This document shows positions 55,633 through 64,000 of a DNA stretch of 64,000 nt, in pieces. Below the pieces are notes generated by a model. The model saw only the letters and a list, made by a program, of their open reading frames with translations, was not told where the DNA came from and did not search any database. The DNA comes from Planctomycetota bacterium (GTDB lineage: Bacteria > Planctomycetota > OFTM77). The DNA lies in the NCBI GenBank assembly GCA_029260795.1, contig JAJDCO010000094.1, positions 161,193-225,192 of the forward strand. Reading direction: 5' to 3'. Numbering within the stretch: the stretch's first letter is position 1; every line of letters starts with the position of its first letter. A program made the translations under genes and the position numbers.

Positions 55633-56727
55633 TCAGGCGAAGTACTTCCCAAACCGGTTCTCGATGAAGGCTCGGAACGGGATCTCTTCCTGGCGCACGA
55701 AGCCGCGGGCCGGAATCTTGCCTTCGCGGAGGAGGTCCACCAGGGCACAGACCCCGGCGGCGGTCGTGACCTGGATGCCGCTCCAATTCTCGCCGTCGAT
55801 CTCTTGGTGGTAGATCGTGTTGGCGTAGGTGCGCTCGGTGAGTCGGTCTTGGTAGACGCCGACGGCGCTGACGACGATGACGATCTGGTCGTGCAGCGTG
55901 AGCGGGAGGCAACGCTCAAAGATGTCGCGGAGCACATCCGGCTGATCGCGCATCTGCAAGTCTTGCACCAGGAACTTGATCAGATCACAGTGGCCGGGAT
56001 ATCGGATCGACTTGTAGTTGACGTTGCGGACGCGCCCCTGGAGCGAGTGTGCGAAGCTGCCGAGCCCACCCGAGGTGTTGAAGGCCTCGTACTCGACACC
56101 GTCGATCGTCAGATGCTCGAGGTTCTCGAGCGGCTGCACTTGCCGGAACTCACCATCGAGGAGCACTTCACACGGGTTGAGGTACTCATTGATGAGACCT
56201 TCGGTGCTCCAGGTCAGGTTGTACTTCAGACGGTTGGAGGGGTATCGCGGCAAAGCACCGACGCGCATCTGGATGTCCGTGACCTCGGTCATCGGTGCGA
56301 TCAGATCGTTGGCGATGATCGTGATAAAGCCTGGCGCCAGGCCACACTGCGGGACGAAGGCCGTCTCGGCGCCGTCGGCGAGCGCTTCGACCTTGTTGGT
56401 GACGGCGACATCCTCGGTCAGGTCGAAGTAGTGCAGGCCGAGCTCCCGGGCGCGCTCCGCGATCAGCGGGTTGCAGTGGAAGGGCGCGCAAGAGATCACG
56501 ATGTCGGCGCCCTCGAGGATGCCGTCCAGGCTCGTCGCGTCCGAAAAGTCCACGGTTCGAGGGTCGACGCCGGTCAAGCGGCTGGCGATCCGTTGGGCGG
56601 CACCTTCCGCCGCATCACCGACCCTCAGGGAGTAGTCTCCCGAGGTGGCCAAGAAGTGGGCCACCATCCGGCCGATCTTTCCGGCGCCCAGCAGTACCAC
56701 GTTTTTCAAGTCAATCGCTCCGCTCAT
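55633..56727 (-). CDS. Saccharopine dehydrogenase-family NAD(P)-binding oxidoreductase
   Basis: Start set at ATG 56727 (MSGAIDLKNVVLLGAGKIGRMVAHFLA, Rossmann GxGxxG); remainder consistent with the Sacchrp_dh fold. Substrate unknown. Confidence 0.78.
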   Translation of the reverse strand: MSGAIDLKNVVLLGAGKIGRMVAHFLATSGDYSLRVGDAAEGAAQRIASRLTGVDPRTVDFSDATSLDGILEGADIVISCAPFHCNPLIAERARELGLHYFDLTEDVAVTNKVEALADGAETAFVPQCGLAPGFITIIANDLIAPMTEVTDIQMRVGALPRYPSNRLKYNLTWSTEGLINEYLNPCEVLLDGEFRQVQPLENLEHLTIDGVEYEAFNTSGGLGSFAHSLQGRVRNVNYKSIRYPGHCDLIKFLVQDLQMRDQPDVLRDIFERCLPLTLHDQIVIVVSAVGVYQDRLTERTYANTIYHQEIDGENWSGIQVTTAAGVCALVDLLREGKIPARGFVRQEEIPFRAFIENRFGKYFA

Positions 56728-56885
56728 CACGCTCTTTGGCCCGGCCGGGCCTCGAATTCGAAGACCGCACACGGTAGACGGGTTGGATCGAGAACGCAAC
56801 GATCGCCAAGATGTGGAGCGGCCGACTGGGTCGGCGAAGACTTCGTGAGGCGACCTCGCCTCGCCGGCACTCTGAAAGGACTCCC

Positions 56886-57647
56886 ATGCCCCGACTCGGC
56901 ACGCTCCACCGCTGGTTCGCATTCGTGGCGGGAATCCAGCTGCTGCTCTGGACCGTCAGTGGCCTGATCTTCACGCTCGACCCGATCGCGGTCGTCCGAG
57001 GCGAAGACACGCTGCCGGTGCCGGTGCCGGTTCCTCTCGATCCCGAGCGCGTCCGCGTGACGGTACCGGAAGCGTGCCAGGCGGCTCGGGCGAGCGGTCG
57101 ACTCGAGGAGCCGATCCGGGGCGTCTCGTTGGGCCTCGATCGCGATCGCTTGACCCTGGCGGTGCTGGGAGCCCAGGACCGCACGGTGCTCGTCGATGCG
57201 GAGACCGGAGTCGTGCTCGATCCCTTGACGCCCGTCGAGGCGGGCGAGCTCGTCCAACGCCGCTATCGCGCCGAGACGCCGCCGGCCGTCGTGGACAGCC
57301 AGCTCATCGAGGACGAGGCGCCGTTCGAGTTTCGCGGTGGGCGGCTGCCCGTCTTGAGAGTGGACCTCGACGACGGGCGCGACACGCACGTCTACGTGGA
57401 CCCCGAGACGGGCCGCATCCTCAAGCGCCGGAATGCCACCTGGAGACGCTTCGATTTCTTCTGGATGCTGCACATCATGGACTACTCGGAGCGCGAGGAC
57501 TTCTCGACGCCGTGGCTGAAGATCTTCGCCGGTTTGGGCGTGCTCACGGCGCTGTCGGGCCTCGGAATGGTCGTGATCCACGTTCGACGGCGCTGGCGGC
57601 GGTGGCGCTATCGAAACGCCTCCCCCATCTCCATCGTCACGGACTGA
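56886..57647 (+). CDS. Membrane protein with two TM helices flanking a periplasmic domain (PepSY-associated TM-like)
   Basis: Start set at ATG 56886 (MPRLGTLHRWFAFVAGIQLLLWTVSGLIF); C-terminal TM (LKIFAGLGVLTALSGLGMVVIHV); family assignment tentative. Confidence 0.5.
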   Translation: MPRLGTLHRWFAFVAGIQLLLWTVSGLIFTLDPIAVVRGEDTLPVPVPVPLDPERVRVTVPEACQAARASGRLEEPIRGVSLGLDRDRLTLAVLGAQDRTVLVDAETGVVLDPLTPVEAGELVQRRYRAETPPAVVDSQLIEDEAPFEFRGGRLPVLRVDLDDGRDTHVYVDPETGRILKRRNATWRRFDFFWMLHIMDYSEREDFSTPWLKIFAGLGVLTALSGLGMVVIHVRRRWRRWRYRNASPISIVTD

Positions 57648-58160
57648 GCTGGATGGCAGTGGGTCGCGCCCAACGCCGAATCGCGCCCGACCAGGCGGGG
57701 CTCGCGATCATCGAGACAGCGATGATCAGGTGCGTCACCCAACGGGTATCTCGAGTCATCGCGACCAACATCCCGCCCACGAACGCCCCCACAGGATCGG
57801 CAGGATCGGATCGAGATGCATGCCGTCCCCTTCCCTCGAGCCAGCTTCCACGAACCGCGCCCCCACCCATAACCGACGACATCGGGAGGCGTCCACCTTC
57901 GGGTCCGCCGGGAACGACTGGCAGCGCCCGATTTCGAATCGGTCCGGATCTCGTGTTGCGCGGCTCGACGGTTTCCGTTTCCGACCGGGCTCGGCACTCC
58001 AGGAGGCGGCCCGCGGCGCGTGTTCGGACGCAGCGGCTTGATCGGGTGAACATGGAGTGCCAGACTCCCTAGCGGAAGGGGCGAATCTCATCCGAACCCG
58101 ACCACGGTCCAAACCGGGACACCGACCTTTCCGCAGCACCCTCATCAGGAGAGCAAGACA

Positions 58161-58793
58161 ATGTCAATCAAGCTCGGCGATACGGCTCCGGACTTCACGG
58201 CACCCTCGACTCAAGGTGATATCAAGTTCCACCAGTGGATCGGCGACGGCTGGGCCGTGCTGTTCTCACATCCGAAGGACTTCACGCCCGTCTGCACGAC
58301 CGAGCTGGGCGAAGTGGCCAAGCTCAAGAGCGAGTTCGAGAAGCGCCACTGCAAGGTGATCGGGTTGAGCGTGGACTCGGTCGACGAACACGAGAAGTGG
58401 GCGAGCGACATCGAGGAGACCCAAGGGGTCGCGCTGAACTTCCCGCTGATCGGTGATCCCGATCGCTCCGTGGCCAACCTCTACGGGATGATCCATCCCA
58501 AGGCGCTCGACACTCTGACCGTCCGCTCGGTCTTCGTCATCGGACCGGACAAGAAGGTCAAGCTGACGCTCACCTACCCGGCGAGCACCGGCCGCAACTT
58601 CCAAGAGATCCTCCGCACGATCGACTCCCTGCAGCTCACGGCCAAACACCAGGTGGCGACGCCGGTGAACTGGAAGCACGGTGAGGACGTGATCATCGTC
58701 CCGGCGCTGTCCGACGAGCAAGCCAAGGAGAAGTTCCCGGGCGGGTGGAAGACCTTGAAGCCCTACTTGCGGGTCGTGGCACAGCCGAAATGA
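58161..58793 (+). CDS. Peroxiredoxin, 1-Cys (Prx6-like) type
   Basis: 210 aa; peroxidatic Cys motif FTPVCTTE; good RBS (AGGAGA) 8 nt upstream of ATG. Confidence 0.9.
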   Translation: MSIKLGDTAPDFTAPSTQGDIKFHQWIGDGWAVLFSHPKDFTPVCTTELGEVAKLKSEFEKRHCKVIGLSVDSVDEHEKWASDIEETQGVALNFPLIGDPDRSVANLYGMIHPKALDTLTVRSVFVIGPDKKVKLTLTYPASTGRNFQEILRTIDSLQLTAKHQVATPVNWKHGEDVIIVPALSDEQAKEKFPGGWKTLKPYLRVVAQPK

Positions 58794-58802
58794 TTCATGT
58801 GC

Positions 58803-58836
58803 GAGGACGATGTCGCCATCCGGCGGCGTCGTCCTC
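58803..58836. terminator. Hairpin between convergent peroxiredoxin and gdhA genes (candidate terminator)
   Basis: GAGGACGA ... TCGTCCTC, 8-bp stem with 18-nt loop, 10 nt after the peroxiredoxin stop. Confidence 0.25.
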
Positions 58837-58857
58837 GGACTCGTTCCCTCGTCGGGC

Positions 58858-60228
58858 CTAACAGATCCCGTAGGCGAGCATCGCATCCGCGACGCGCACG
58901 AATCCGGCCCGGTTCGCACCCGTGACGTAGTCGACGGCGCCGGAGTCCCCGTTCCGACCGTGCTCGACACACTGCTCGTGGATGCGGGACATGATGCCGC
59001 GGAGTCGACTGTCGACCTCCTCGCGGGTCCAGGAGAGACGCAAGGCGTTCTGGCTCTGCTCGAGACCCGAGACGGCCACCCCGCCCGCATTGGCGGCCTT
59101 GGCCGGACCGAACAGCACGCCGGACGACTGGAAGAGGTGCATGCCTTCGAGCGTGGTCGGCATGTTGGCCCCCTCCGCCACGGTCCGGACGCCGTTGTCG
59201 ATCAGGCGCGCCGCGTCCTCCCCATCGAGCTCGTTCTGGGTTGCACAGGGAAACGCGACGTCGCAGGCGACACCCCACGGTCGACGGTCCCTGTGGAACT
59301 CGGCCTTTTGAAAGCGCTCCGCGTACTCGTGAATGCGGCCGCGCCGCACCTCCTTGAGATCCTTGAGAAAGGCGAGCTTCTCGGCGTCGATGCCGTCAAC
59401 GTCATGGACGAAGCCACTCGAGTCGGAGACCGTCACGACCCGGCAGCCGAGCTCGTTCAGCTTCTCGATGCAGTAGAGGGCGACATTGCCCGATCCGGAA
59501 ACCGTCGCGATCTTGCCCTCCAGGCTGTCGTCCTTCGCCTGCAGCATGTTTTGTGCAAAGTAGACCGTTCCGTAGCCGGTCGCCTCGGTTCGCACGTGGC
59601 TGCCACCGTAGGAGATGGCTTTCCCGGTCAGGATCCCGCTGAAGCGTGCGTGCAAGCGCTTGTACTGGCCGAAGAGGTAGCTGATCTCGCGCGAGCCGAC
59701 ACCGATGTCGCCGGCCGGCACGTCGATGTCGGCTCCGATGTGTCGGTGGAGCTCGATCATCATCGCCTGGCAGAAGCGCATGACCTCGCGATCGCTCTTG
59801 CCCTTGGGATCGAAGTTCGAGCCCCCCTTGCCTCCGCCGAGGGGCAACGTCGTCAACGCGTTCTTGAAGCACTGCTCGAAGCCCAGGAACTTCAACACGC
59901 TCAGGTTCACCGACGGGTGAAAGCGCAGCCCGCCCTTGTAGGGTCCGATCGCATTGTTGAACTGCACTCGCCAGGCTCGGTTGACGCGCACCTTTCCATG
60001 GTCGTCCTCCCAGACGACTCGAAAGATGACGACCCGGTCCGGCTCGGTCATGCGCTCGAGTATGCGCGCCTCCTGATAGACCGGGTTCTCGACGATGAGC
60101 GGCATCACGGAGTCGGCCACCTCTCGAACCGCCTGGTGGAACTCGACCTCACCCGGGTTCCGGGCGATGACGCCTTCCATGAAGTCGTCGACCTTCTGGC
60201 GGCAGGTGTCAGCCAGCGTGCGGGTCAT
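58858..60228 (-). CDS. gdhA: NADP-specific glutamate dehydrogenase
   Basis: Start set at ATG 60228 (MTRTLADTCRQKVDDFMEGVIARNPGEVEFHQAVREV...); catalytic motif GGGKGGSNFDPKGKSD; Rossmann region. Confidence 0.92.
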   Translation of the reverse strand: MTRTLADTCRQKVDDFMEGVIARNPGEVEFHQAVREVADSVMPLIVENPVYQEARILERMTEPDRVVIFRVVWEDDHGKVRVNRAWRVQFNNAIGPYKGGLRFHPSVNLSVLKFLGFEQCFKNALTTLPLGGGKGGSNFDPKGKSDREVMRFCQAMMIELHRHIGADIDVPAGDIGVGSREISYLFGQYKRLHARFSGILTGKAISYGGSHVRTEATGYGTVYFAQNMLQAKDDSLEGKIATVSGSGNVALYCIEKLNELGCRVVTVSDSSGFVHDVDGIDAEKLAFLKDLKEVRRGRIHEYAERFQKAEFHRDRRPWGVACDVAFPCATQNELDGEDAARLIDNGVRTVAEGANMPTTLEGMHLFQSSGVLFGPAKAANAGGVAVSGLEQSQNALRLSWTREEVDSRLRGIMSRIHEQCVEHGRNGDSGAVDYVTGANRAGFVRVADAMLAYGIC

Positions 60229-60368
60229 GTCCGCTCTCCTCGGTGATTCCATTCGAGTTCGTGGGCGGCTTTGTCGGCGCACGGTCAAGCCCTGCTCGCA
60301 GCCGCGCACTCGGTTACAATGCCGGGCCGAAGGCTCCGGCGCCAGATGCTGTCTGAGAGGGTTTTCTC

Positions 60369-62726
60369 ATGCTCGCCGTTCTGTGGTCCACGTTGCTCCC
60401 GCTCGCGATCGCCTTCCACGACCCCGAGACTCCACCTGCGCTCGAGCTCCGCTACGACCGCCCCGCCTCCCAATGGGTCGAGGCTCTCCCGATTGGAAAC
60501 GGTCGGCTGGGTGCCATGGTCTTCGGGGAGCGTGCTCGAGAGCGGCTCCAGCTCAACGAGGATACGGTTTGGGCAGGCCCTCCGTTCCCGACTGCTCGAG
60601 AAGGGGCCGCCGAAACCATTCGAGAGGCGCGCCAGCTGTTCTTCGCGGGGCGAGCCGCCGAGGCCGAAGCCCTCGTTCAGGCGAAGGTGATGAATCCGAG
60701 GATATCCCCCCGCAGCTATCAGCCCCTCGGCGACCTGCGAATCACTTTCGACGACCCGCTGCCTGAGGATGCCGAGTATCTGCGCACCCTCGACCTCGAC
60801 ACGGCCATCGCCACCGTTCGACTCGAGTCCGGCGCCGATTGGCAGCAGCGCGAGTTTCTCTCGAGTGTCCCCGATCAGGTCATCGCCGTTCGCCTGACCG
60901 GCAGCCAGCCTCTGAGCCTGAGCGTGAGCCTGACGCGAGCCCTGGGCGCCCAGACGACGGCTCTCGGTCCGGATCGGCTCGAGATGCGCGGCCAGGCCAG
61001 CCACGGAGAGAAGCACCTCGGCGTGCAGTTCGTCTCGCAGCTCCAGGTCGTCAACCAGGGCGGAACGCTGTCCATCCTGGACGGAGCTTTGCGCGTGGAA
61101 GACGCCGACGCCGTCACGCTGCTGCTCGTCGCTGAAACCAACTACTCCGGAGCCCGCGACCTGTCCCAGGGGTGTGCCAACACCCTCGCCGCGCCGAGTG
61201 GGAAGACCTGGGAGCAGATTCGAGACGCCCATGTCGTCGAGCACCGTCGGTTGTTCCGACGCGTCTCGCTCGACCTCGGTGGTCCATCGAGCGAGAACCG
61301 AACGACCGACGCCCGGCTGGCGGCCGTCCGCGCCGGGGGCGTCGACCCCGGCCTCGAAGCCCTTCACTTCCAGCTCGGTCGCTACCTCTTGATGTCGTGC
61401 TCCCGGCGCGGCAGCTTGCCGGCCAACCTCCAAGGGCTCTGGAACGAGCACTTCGAAGCGCCCTGGAACGCCGACTACCACACCAACATCAACCTGCAGA
61501 TGAACTACTGGCCGGCCGAGGTGACCGGCCTGGCCGAGTGCCATGAGCCCCTGCTCCAGTTCATCGAGTGGCTGAGCGCCTCCGGACGGTCGGTGGCCCG
61601 CACGCATTACGATTGCGATGGTTGGGTCGCCAATCACACCACCGACGCCTGGCTAGGTACCGCCCCGCACGGTCGAGTCGAGTGGGGCATGTGGCCGATG
61701 GGCGGCGGCTGGCTGGTTCAGCATCTCATGGAGCACTATCGCTTCGGTGGGGACGAGGTCTTCCTGCGCCGGGAGGCCTGGCCTCCCCTGAAAGGTGCGG
61801 CCGAGTTCTTCCTCGACTGGCTCGTCGAGCATCCCGAGACGAAGAAGCTCGTGTCGGGACCTTCGACGTCGCCCGAGAACCGATACGTGCTTCCCGATGG
61901 GCAGGAGGCCTGCCTCTCCATGGGCGCGGCCATGGACCAGCAGATCATCTGGGACACCTTCTCGAGCTGCATCGAAGCGGCCGAGATTCTCGAGATCGAG
62001 GACGACTTCGTGAAGCGCGTCGCCGCGGCCAGAGAAAGGCTGGCCGGACCGCAGATCGGATCCGATGGACGCCTACTCGAATGGGATCGAGAGTATCAGG
62101 AGAAGTGGCCCGGACACCGACACATCTCACACCTGTACGCCCTGCACCCGGGTCATCAGATCGATCGGCACCGGACGCCGAAGCTGGCTGCCGCCGCGCA
62201 CAAGTCGCTCGAGCATCGCCTCGCGAACGGCGGCGGACACACCGGCTGGAGCCGGGCTTGGATCATCAACTTCTTCGCCCGCCTGGGTGACGGAGACAAG
62301 GCCCACGAGAACCTCATCGCGCTGCTGCGCAAGTCGACCTTGCCGAACCTTTTCGACGACCATCCCCCCTTTCAGATCGACGGCAACTTCGGCGGCACGG
62401 CCGGCATCGCCGAGATGCTGCTCCAAAGCCAAGCGGGTGTGATCGAGCTCTTGCCGGCACTTCCCAAGGCCTGGCCACAGGGGAAAGTCTCGGGCCTGCG
62501 CGCGCGCGGAGGCTTCGTCGTCGACATCACGTGGGCGAACGGTCAGCTCGTGAAGGCCGAGCTCACCTCACTCCGTGGCGAGCGATGCCGTCTGGTTCCC
62601 GGGTCGACGGGACGACTTCGCACGGCGGACGGCGAGCCAGTCGAGGTCAACGGCGAGGCGTTCGGAAGCTGGCTCTTCGAAACGGTGCCGAATCAGACCG
62701 TGGTCTTCGAAGCGGTCCGGCGGTAG
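60369..62726 (+). CDS. Glycoside hydrolase family 95 (alpha-L-fucosidase-like), secreted
   Basis: 785 aa; N-terminal signal; GH95-type N-terminal motif ([18 protein letters not shown]) and (alpha/alpha)6 catalytic region. Confidence 0.87.
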   Translation: MLAVLWSTLLPLAIAFHDPETPPALELRYDRPASQWVEALPIGNGRLGAMVFGERARERLQLNEDTVWAGPPFPTAREGAAETIREARQLFFAGRAAEAEALVQAKVMNPRISPRSYQPLGDLRITFDDPLPEDAEYLRTLDLDTAIATVRLESGADWQQREFLSSVPDQVIAVRLTGSQPLSLSVSLTRALGAQTTALGPDRLEMRGQASHGEKHLGVQFVSQLQVVNQGGTLSILDGALRVEDADAVTLLLVAETNYSGARDLSQGCANTLAAPSGKTWEQIRDAHVVEHRRLFRRVSLDLGGPSSENRTTDARLAAVRAGGVDPGLEALHFQLGRYLLMSCSRRGSLPANLQGLWNEHFEAPWNADYHTNINLQMNYWPAEVTGLAECHEPLLQFIEWLSASGRSVARTHYDCDGWVANHTTDAWLGTAPHGRVEWGMWPMGGGWLVQHLMEHYRFGGDEVFLRREAWPPLKGAAEFFLDWLVEHPETKKLVSGPSTSPENRYVLPDGQEACLSMGAAMDQQIIWDTFSSCIEAAEILEIEDDFVKRVAAARERLAGPQIGSDGRLLEWDREYQEKWPGHRHISHLYALHPGHQIDRHRTPKLAAAAHKSLEHRLANGGGHTGWSRAWIINFFARLGDGDKAHENLIALLRKSTLPNLFDDHPPFQIDGNFGGTAGIAEMLLQSQAGVIELLPALPKAWPQGKVSGLRARGGFVVDITWANGQLVKAELTSLRGERCRLVPGSTGRLRTADGEPVEVNGEAFGSWLFETVPNQTVVFEAVRR

Positions 62727-62750
62727 CCGGCGGACTCCGTTCAGGTCCTT

Positions 62751-62824
62751 CGGACCCGCCGGCTTTCAGAGTCTGTCCAACAAGTGTGCGAGTCGAGGTG
62801 ACTCTTTGGACCGCCGGCTTTCAG
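62751..62824. repeat. Short palindromic element flanked by direct repeats (GGAC(C)CGCCGGCTTTCAG x2 around AGAGTC...GACTCT)
   Basis: Direct repeats at 62751-62769 and 62807-62824; inverted repeat AGAGTC (62771-62776) / GACTCT (62803-62808) between them; related GGCTTTCAGCCGGC at 51527-51540. Confidence 0.4.
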
Positions 62825-63044
62825 CCGGTGCGTTACGCCTCGTGATTCGTGAACTCTCCGGACGACTTCGTCCCGGGTCGAGCCTGCGGAAAGTACAAAT
62901 GTTGCCGAACACGTAACGATCCCGGCTGAAGCCCAAGGTTGCAAAAACCGAGGCCTGTCGGGGCCTCTTGGCCAGCCTTGTCAGGGGAGGAGGCCTGTTG
63001 GCTAGCCGCCACCCCGACGAACGGAAGGTGATTCGGGCCGACTT

Positions 63045-63065
63045 GGTAATCATATGATATTTACC
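63045..63065. promoter_or_regulatory. AT-rich palindromic site GGTAA-TCATATGA-TATTTACC (operator/promoter candidate)
   Basis: Central perfect palindrome TCATATGA flanked by inverted GGTAA/TTACC arms, inside the only strongly AT-rich island of a gene-free repeat region. Confidence 0.3.
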
Positions 63066-63128
63066 TCATTTTAGTGCAACAAGAGAGCCCGTTCGGTCAC
63101 GACGCTCCGCTCCCCAGAAAACACCGTC

Positions 63129-63146
63129 TCGTTTTGCAAAGCTGGG
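63129..63146 (+). repeat. 18-bp direct repeat TCGTTTTGCAAAGCTGGG (copy 1)
   Basis: Identical 18-mer recurs at 63671-63688; the two copies bracket the segment carrying the module A/B repeats. Confidence 0.5.
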
Positions 63147-63390
63147 ATTCAGTCGAGCGGGAGGGCTTCTCGCGCACCGCTCTCTCACCCACGCTCTTCG
63201 AAGGCGAATCGCCCCGCCGACAGGCCACGAGGATGAAGTGGCGCGACCTGTCGAACTCCGTTCGGGTCTCTGTACCCCATGCACGTGCGAGAAGGCAGAG
63301 CCTCCGACGGTAATCGTCACGCGAGACCGACTGCGAAGCGGACTGAAAACCCGAGCGTTGAAAAAGCTCCAGCGCGCCGACTTGAAGATC

Positions 63391-63416
63391 TGAACGTTGA
63401 ACGTTGAACGTTGAAT
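63391..63416 (+). repeat. Tandem heptamer repeat (TGAACGT x3, then TGAATCC)
   Basis: Three perfect 7-mer copies at 63391-63411 followed by a degenerate fourth. Confidence 0.6.
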
Positions 63417-63441
63417 CCGCCTGATCGAGCGGAGGCGAGGT

Positions 63442-63479
63442 TGACGACCTCCCACCCGAATGAATTCGGGCCTCCGAGG
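63442..63479 (+). repeat. Dispersed repeat module B, copy 2
   Basis: TGACGACCTCCCACCCGAATGAATTCGGGCCTCCGAGG, identical to the core of 51664-51701. Confidence 0.6.
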
Positions 63480-63490
63480 AGCCGGGTGGG

Positions 63491-63552
63491 TTCAGTCCGC
63501 TGGATACTCGCCGACTGAAAACCGGAGGGCGGACTTCAGTCCGCTGGATACG
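63491..63552 (+). repeat. Dispersed repeat module A: partial copy plus full copy (TTCAGTCCGCTGGATAC duplicated 44 nt apart)
   Basis: 63524-63550 matches 51567-51592; 63491-63508 repeats its 3' half. Confidence 0.55.
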
Positions 63553-63585
63553 CCCTCGGCGATCACGACGGCTTCGCAAGGGCGA

Positions 63586-63667
63586 ACGACCTCCCACCCG
63601 AATGAATTCGGGCCTCCGAGGAGCCGGGCCTCCGAGGAGCCGGGCCTCCGAGGGGACGGTCTGGAGC
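63586..63667 (+). repeat. Dispersed repeat module B, copy 3, expanded by internal tandem duplication (GGGCCTCCGAGGAGCC x2.75)
   Basis: Same ends as 51664-51716 (ACGACCTCCCACCCGAATGAATTCGGG ... GG(G/A)CGGTCTGGA(A)GCA) with the 16-mer tandemly repeated. Confidence 0.6.
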
Positions 63668-63670
63668 ATT

Positions 63671-63688
63671 TCGTTTTGCAAAGCTGGG
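63671..63688 (+). repeat. 18-bp direct repeat TCGTTTTGCAAAGCTGGG (copy 2)
   Basis: Identical to 63129-63146. Confidence 0.5.
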
Positions 63689-63911
63689 CTGAAGCCGGCG
63701 GTCCAAGAACGGTGGTCAACAAGCAACTCGGGCCCCTTCATTTGATATCCCTGAGACTGGATCGAGGGATCGTGATCCGACTTCGTGGACAGGCCCTGAA
63801 AACCGCGATCCCGGCCAATGATCAAGCGGCCGACCACTCCTCGCCGATAGATCCGAGAGATTCCGGACCCGGAGCGGGGCCGGTTCCTTCGATCTCTACG
63901 GCGACTGGCCA

Positions 63912-64000
63912 ATGCTGCTCACTTCTGGGCTGGCGCGCGCGCTGCTCATCGTTGCCGCCCTCGCCGGACTGACGGCGATACTGCTGCCGATTGCCGAGGC
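63912..64000 (+). CDS. Possible 5' end of a CDS running off the window (signal peptide/TM-like N-terminus)
   Basis: ATG at 63912 followed by MLLTSGLARALLIVAALAGLTAILLPIAE..., open to the window end; only ~29 codons visible. Confidence 0.3.
   Translation, partial: MLLTSGLARALLIVAALAGLTAILLPIAE

Noticed and set aside
63391-63667. CRISPR array
   Set aside because: Repeats are heterogeneous (7-mer tandem, 16-mer tandem, and 26-53 bp modules) with irregular spacing and no uniform repeat-spacer periodicity; no cas genes in the window.
63097-63912. 271-aa minus-strand ORF across the repeat region
   Set aside because: Arg/Ser/Gly-rich low-complexity translation generated by reading through palindromic repeats; no start/RBS context or family features.

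Overview
High-GC bacterial chromosomal segment (roughly two-thirds G+C by eye; no rRNA, CRISPR array, transposase or phage genes seen). Long ORFs occur on both strands almost everywhere, so calls rest on recognisable protein families, signal peptides and operon geometry rather than ORF length. I support about 50 protein-coding genes, one tRNA-Glu(UUC), a few hairpin/promoter candidates and a family of short dispersed repeats. Gene content (multi-heme CxxCH/PA14 cytochrome paired with a beta-propeller dehydrogenase-like protein, six PQQ-like beta-propeller paralogs, HEXXH secreted proteins, GH95) suggests a Planctomycetota/PVC-like organism; this is inference only. Housekeeping blocks: xseA-xseB, ymdB-like, rny, pabB-pabC, xerC/D-like recombinase, gdhA, peroxiredoxin. 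The most interesting candidate is a ~21.5 kb co-directional, tightly packed minus-strand array (29810-51292) combining a DUF3311-like/sodium:solute symporter pair, a LuxE/PaaK-like + LuxC-like + Fe-alcohol dehydrogenase module, a HemN-like radical SAM enzyme, GT4 glycosyltransferase, hotdog thioesterase, MacB/FtsX-type ABC exporter, a flavin-dependent halogenase-like enzyme with intact signature motifs, a SagB-type dehydrogenase and four PQQ-like propellers. I could not assign it to any described pathway. Other notable items: a PhyH-family dioxygenase interrupted by a single in-frame TAA, an apparently orphan beta-class DNA methyltransferase, and a composite repeat family present at 51.4-51.7 kb and in a 1.2 kb gene-free, palindrome-rich region at 62.7-63.9 kb. 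All family assignments come from reading the translations by eye; no database search was run.
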